DNA from: the human T2T-CHM13v2.0 reference genome, Homo sapiens
Length of the DNA: 64,000 nucleotides
Strand: one strand, 5' to 3'
Assembly (NCBI RefSeq): GCF_009914755.1
Contig: NC_060941.1
Part shown: positions 59,601 through 64,000 of the stretch, in pieces
Layout of the letters: every line of letters starts with the position of its first letter
Position numbering within the stretch: position 1 is the first letter of the stretch
Notes under the pieces: generated by a model
Database searches by the model: none
The model's input: the letters and a program-made list of their open reading frames with translations, nothing else
What the model was told of the DNA's origin: nothing
Translations under genes and position numbers: made by a program

Positions 59601-61590
59601 TGCAGACCAGAAGAGAGTGGCATAGCATATTTAATGTGCTGAAGGAAAAAACTTTTACCCTAGAATAGTATATCTAGTGAACATATCCTTCAAGCATGAA
59701 AGACAAATGGAGACTTTCCCAGACAAATAAAAACAGAGAGATTTCATTAACATCAGAGCTGTCTGAAGGAAATAAATGCTAAAGAGAGTTCTTCAATCCG
59801 AAAGAAAAGGACGTTAATGAGCCATAAGAAATCATCTGAAAGTACAGAACTCACTGGTAACATTAAATACACAGAAAAACACAGAATATTATAACACTGT
59901 AATTGTGGTGTTGAAACTATTCATATCTTAAGTAGAAAGACTAAAAGATGAACTAATCAAAAATAATAACTACAACAACTCTTTAAAGACATAGTAGAAT
60001 AAGATATAAATAGAAGCAACAAAAAGTTAAATAGTGGAGGATGAAGTTAAAGTGTAGAGTTTTTATTAGTTTTCTCTTTGCTTGCTTGTTTGTTTATGCA
60101 ATCAGCATTAATTTGACATCAGTTTAAAATAATGGGTTATAATGTATTATTTGCAAGCCTCATGGTAACTTCAAACCAAAAACCAACAGATACACAAAAA
60201 TTAAAAATGAGAAACTAAAACATACCACCAGAGAAAATGACCTTCACCAAAAAGAACACAGGAAGGAAGAAAAGACCACAAAGCAACCAGAAAACAAATA
60301 ACAACATGGCAGGAGTAAGTCCTTACTTATCAATAATAACGTTGAATGTAAATGGACGGAACTCTCCAATCAAAAGACGTAGAGTGGCTGAATGGGTGAA
60401 AAAACAAGACCCAATAATTTGTTGCCCACAAGAAACACACTTCACCTAAAAAGACACACATAGACTGAAAATAAAGGGGTGGAAAAAGATATTCCTTACC
60501 AATGGAAACCAAAAAAGAGAAGGAGTAGCTATAACTATATCAAAATTATATTTTAAGACAAAAGCTGTAAAAAGAGACAAAGAAGGCCATTACATAACAA
60601 TAAAGAGGTTAATTCAGCAAGAAAATATAATGATTATAAAAATATATGCACCCAACACTGGAGCACCCAGATGTATAAAGAAGGTATTATTAGAACTAAA
60701 GAGAGAGATAGACTCAATAAAATAACTACTGGATACTTCAGTACCCTACTTCCAGCAGCGGACAGATCATCCAAACAGAAAATCAATAAAAAAAAATTGG
60801 ACTTAATCTGCACTATAGACCAAATGGACCTAACAGATATTTATAGAATATTTCATCCAATGGCTACAGAATATGTATTCTTCTCCTTGGCACTGTTCTC
60901 AAGGAGAGATATGTTAGCCTACAAAAAAAGCTTTAAAACACTCCAAAGGATTGAAATAATATGAAGTATCTTCTCCGACCACAATAAAATATAACTAGAA
61001 ATCAATAACAAGAGAAATTTTGGAAATTATAAAAACACATGGAAATTAAACAATATGCTTCTGAATGACCTGTGTACCAATTAAGAGATTAAGAAGAAAA
61101 TTGAAAAATTTCTTGAAAAAATAACAGGAACAATATGCCAAAACCTGTGGGATACAGTGAAAGCAGTACTAGGAGGAAAGTGTGTAGCTATAATAAGCAC
61201 TTACGTCAAAAAAGTAGAAAAACTTCAAATAAACAATCTAATGACACCTCTTAAAAAACTAGAAAAGCAAGAGCAAACCAAATCCTAAATTTGTAGAAAA
61301 AAGAAATAATAAACATCGGAGCAGAAATAACTGAAGTTGAAATGAAGAAAACACTACAGAAGATCAATGAAATGAAAAGTTGGTTTTTTTGAAAAGATAA
61401 ACAAAGTTGACAAAGCTTCAGCCACACTAACTGAGAAAAAAAAATACAGAAGACCCAAATGAATAAAATCAGAGATAATAAAAGGAGTCACCAAAACCAA
61501 TGCTGCAGAAATCCAAAGGATCATTAGTGGCTATAATGAGAAATTGTATGCCAACAAATTGGAAAATCAATTAATAGAAGAAACTGATAA
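56631..61590 (+). mobile_element. Old L1 (L1PB/L1MA-type): 5'UTR, decayed ORF1 with internal inversion, ORF2 endonuclease region, 3'-truncated
   Basis: caagatggccgaatagaagc 5' end; ORF2 N-terminus MAGVSPYLSIITLNVNGRNSPIKR...QETH (60237..60449); many stops and frameshifts. Confidence 0.92.
58806..58854 (+). mobile_element. 40-nt MER4/LTR8-group LTR fragment with A-tail and TSD (micro-retrocopy)
   Basis: gggcacatgttctcaggacctcctgaaggctgtgtcatgg + A9, flanked by cagctattttg on both sides. Confidence 0.75.
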
Positions 61591-61594
61591 AAGA

Positions 61595-64000
61595 GCATGG
61601 TGGTGCAGGATATGGGGTCAGTATAAATACCAACGCATAGTCCCTTTGCAAGAGTGAGGGCCCAAGTTAAGGTAATGAGTTCGGCTTGCTGAGAGGTAGT
61701 GGAGATGGGGCACAGCGGTAGCCTCAATGATAGATGTGGAAGATACTATAGCATAGCCTGCCTTTGCTGGTGTTTGGCGATTAGGCCTGGTGGAACTGCC
61801 ATCAATAAACCAAGTGTGATCAGGGTGAGGAACAGGAAAGAAGGAAACATGGGGAAATGAAGTGAATGCCAAGTGTATCAGAGAGATACAGTCATGGGGG
61901 CCAGGTGTGGTATCAGGAATAATGTGGGAGGCCGGATTGAAGTCCAGGCCAGGAACAATGGTAATTGTGGGAGACTCAACAAAGAGTGAGTACAGCTGAA
62001 GGAGCCAGGGAGCAGAAAGTGTATGTGTCAGGTGTGAGGAAGAAAATAGATTTTGGAAGTTATGAGAACTGTATAGAGTGAGTTGAGCAAAGTTTGTGAT
62101 TTTGAGGGCCTCTGGAAGTATTAGGGCAGCAGCAGCCACCGCATGCAGACATGAGGGCTAGGCTAAAACAGTAAGGTCAAGTTGTTTGGACAGAAAGGCT
62201 ACAGGGTGCGGTCCTGGCTTTTGTGTAAGAACTCCGATTGCACAGCCCTGCACTTTGGCTGTGTGTAATGAAAAAGGTTTGGAATGAGTTAGGGAGAGCT
62301 AGTGTGGGGGCAGCTTCTAGGGCTGTTTTTAAGGAACGGAAAGGAGTGGCAAAGGGATTTAGGATCTATGGGGTCAGCTGGGTTTGGTTTTGTGAGTTTA
62401 CATAATGGTTTAGTCAGGATGGTAAAGCTAGGTATCCAAAGGCGGAAGTACCTAACCATGCGTAGGAAGGAGAGGAGTTGTTTTGTAGAAGGGATTGGGG
62501 TTTGGGGAATTAGCTGGACATGATCAGCAGGCAGAGCATGTGTGTTTTCGTGAACAATTATGCTGAGATAGGTAACAGATGAGGAAGAAATTTGGGCTTA
62601 ACTGAAGTCATGGGGGCTGTCCGTGAAGCCTTGCAGCAGTACAGCCTAGGTAATTTGTTGAGCCTGATGGGTGTCAGGGTCAGTCCAAGTGAAAGCGAAG
62701 AGAGGCTGGGATGAAGGGTGCAAAGGAATAGTAAAGAAAGCATGTTTGAGATCCAGAACAGAATAATGGGTTATGGAGGGGTTGTGGAGGGAGGTATTGA
62801 GGATAGGAGAGTATATGGCTTTGGCATCACGGGGTGGATAGGCCAGACAATTTGGTTGGTAAGGCCAGATCCTGAACTAACCTGTAAGGCTTGTCCAGTT
62901 TTTGGACAGGTAAAACAGGGGAATTGTAAGGAGAGTTTACAGGCTTTAAAAGCCCAAGCTGTAACAGGCGAGTGATAACAGGCTTTAATCCTTTTAAAGC
63001 ATGCTGTGGGATGGGATATTGGCATTGAGCAGGGTAAGGGTGATTAGGTTTTAATGGGATGGTAAGAGGTGCATGATCAGTCGCCAAGGAGGGGGTAGAG
63101 GTGTCCTATACTTGTGGATTAAGGTGGGGGTATATGAGAGGAGGATGCGAAGGAGGCTTTGAACTGGGGAAAAAGCAGCAATGAGGTGTGGCTGTAGCCC
63201 AGGAATAGTCAGGAAAGTAGATAATTTAGTTAAAATGTCTCGACCTAATAAGGGAGCTCTAGGCAGGTGGGGATAACTAAAAAAGAGTGCATAAAAGAAT
63301 GTCCATGTTGGCACCAGAGTTGGGGAGTTTTAAGAGGTTTAGAAGCCTGGCCGTCAATACCCACAACAGTTATGGAGGCAAGGGAAATACACCCTTGAAA
63401 AGAAGGTAATGTGGAGTGGGTAGCCTCCGTATTGCTTAAGAAGGGGACGGACTTACCCTCCACTGTAAGAGTTACCCAAAGCATCCGCGATGGTCCAGGA
63501 GGCTTCTGAGGCGATCGGGCAGTGTCAGTCTTCAGCTGCTAAGCCGAGAAGATATGGGAAGGAGTCAGTCAGAGCCTCGGGCCAGTTGGACAGTCCAGTT
63601 TCCAGTGGGGACTCACATAGATGGGACACAGCTTAGGAGGAATCCCAGGCTGCGGGCATTCCTTGGCCCAGTGGCCAGATTTCTGGCACTTGTAGCAAGC
63701 TCCTGAGGGAGGAGGTTCTAGAGGAACCCCTGGCAGCTGCGGTTCAGGTGTTTGGAGTTCTTGTGTGCTGGAGATGTGGCTGGGGTTTGTCTCACAGCGG
63801 AGGCAAGGAATTGCAACTCAGAAATACATTGCTACTTGGCTGCCTCTACTCTATTATTGTACACCTAATTAAGTCCTGTTGTGGGGTTTGAGGGCTGGAA
63901 TTTAATTTTTGGAGCTTTATTTAATGTTGGGAACAGATTGGGTAATAAAATAAAATGCATATTGAGAATAAGACAGCCTTCTGACCTTTCAGGATCTGGG
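61595..64000 (-). mobile_element. HERV-H internal region (gag 3' end, pro, deleted pol RT and RNase H), truncated before integrase
   Basis: Gag CCHC knuckle CYKCQKSGHWAKECP (~63650-63700); protease-like VTLTVEGKSVPFLSNTEATHS; RT NSPYNSPVLPVQKLDKPYRLVQDL; RNase H WFIDGSS...AGYAIVS. Confidence 0.93.

Noticed and set aside
61618-63484. HERV-H pro/pol ORFs as functional proteins
   Set aside because: Fragmented by stops, frameshifts and deletions; protease lacks the catalytic DTG (reads NTE) and no RT YxDD motif is seen

Overview
Human (primate) genomic DNA containing the complete SLC13A5 gene (NaCT, sodium-coupled citrate transporter) on the minus strand. I resolved 12 coding exons with GT-AG boundaries, ATG at 41967 and TAG at 14839-14841. 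The exons total 1707 nt (568 aa + stop). The gene has a CpG-island promoter (~41600-42920) and a ~1.5-kb 3'UTR ending after an ATTAAA signal at 13370-13375. The rest is intergenic or intronic DNA dense in Alu, MIR, L2, L1, MER20, MER6, MaLR LTRs, a solo HERV-E LTR2, a rearranged old L1 (56631-61590) and a truncated HERV-H provirus (61595-64000). I see no second protein-coding gene; the other ORF-track entries are repeat-derived or random frames. I cannot demonstrate a new biological system here. The best leads are: (1) a (TG)27 tract between the branch point and the short pyrimidine tract of frameshifting exon 9, resembling CFTR TGmTn; (2) a non-Alu ~270-bp inverted duplication just downstream of the poly(A) site, with a strong splice donor in each arm; (3) an L1 5' end stitched together with two inverted copies of nearby DNA and a snap-back hairpin; (4) a 40-nt LTR-derived hairpin retrocopy with its own A-tail and TSD; (5) a co-oriented HERV-H lacking its 3' LTR upstream of the gene. 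Repeat subfamily names come from recalled consensus sequences, and identities were counted by hand.
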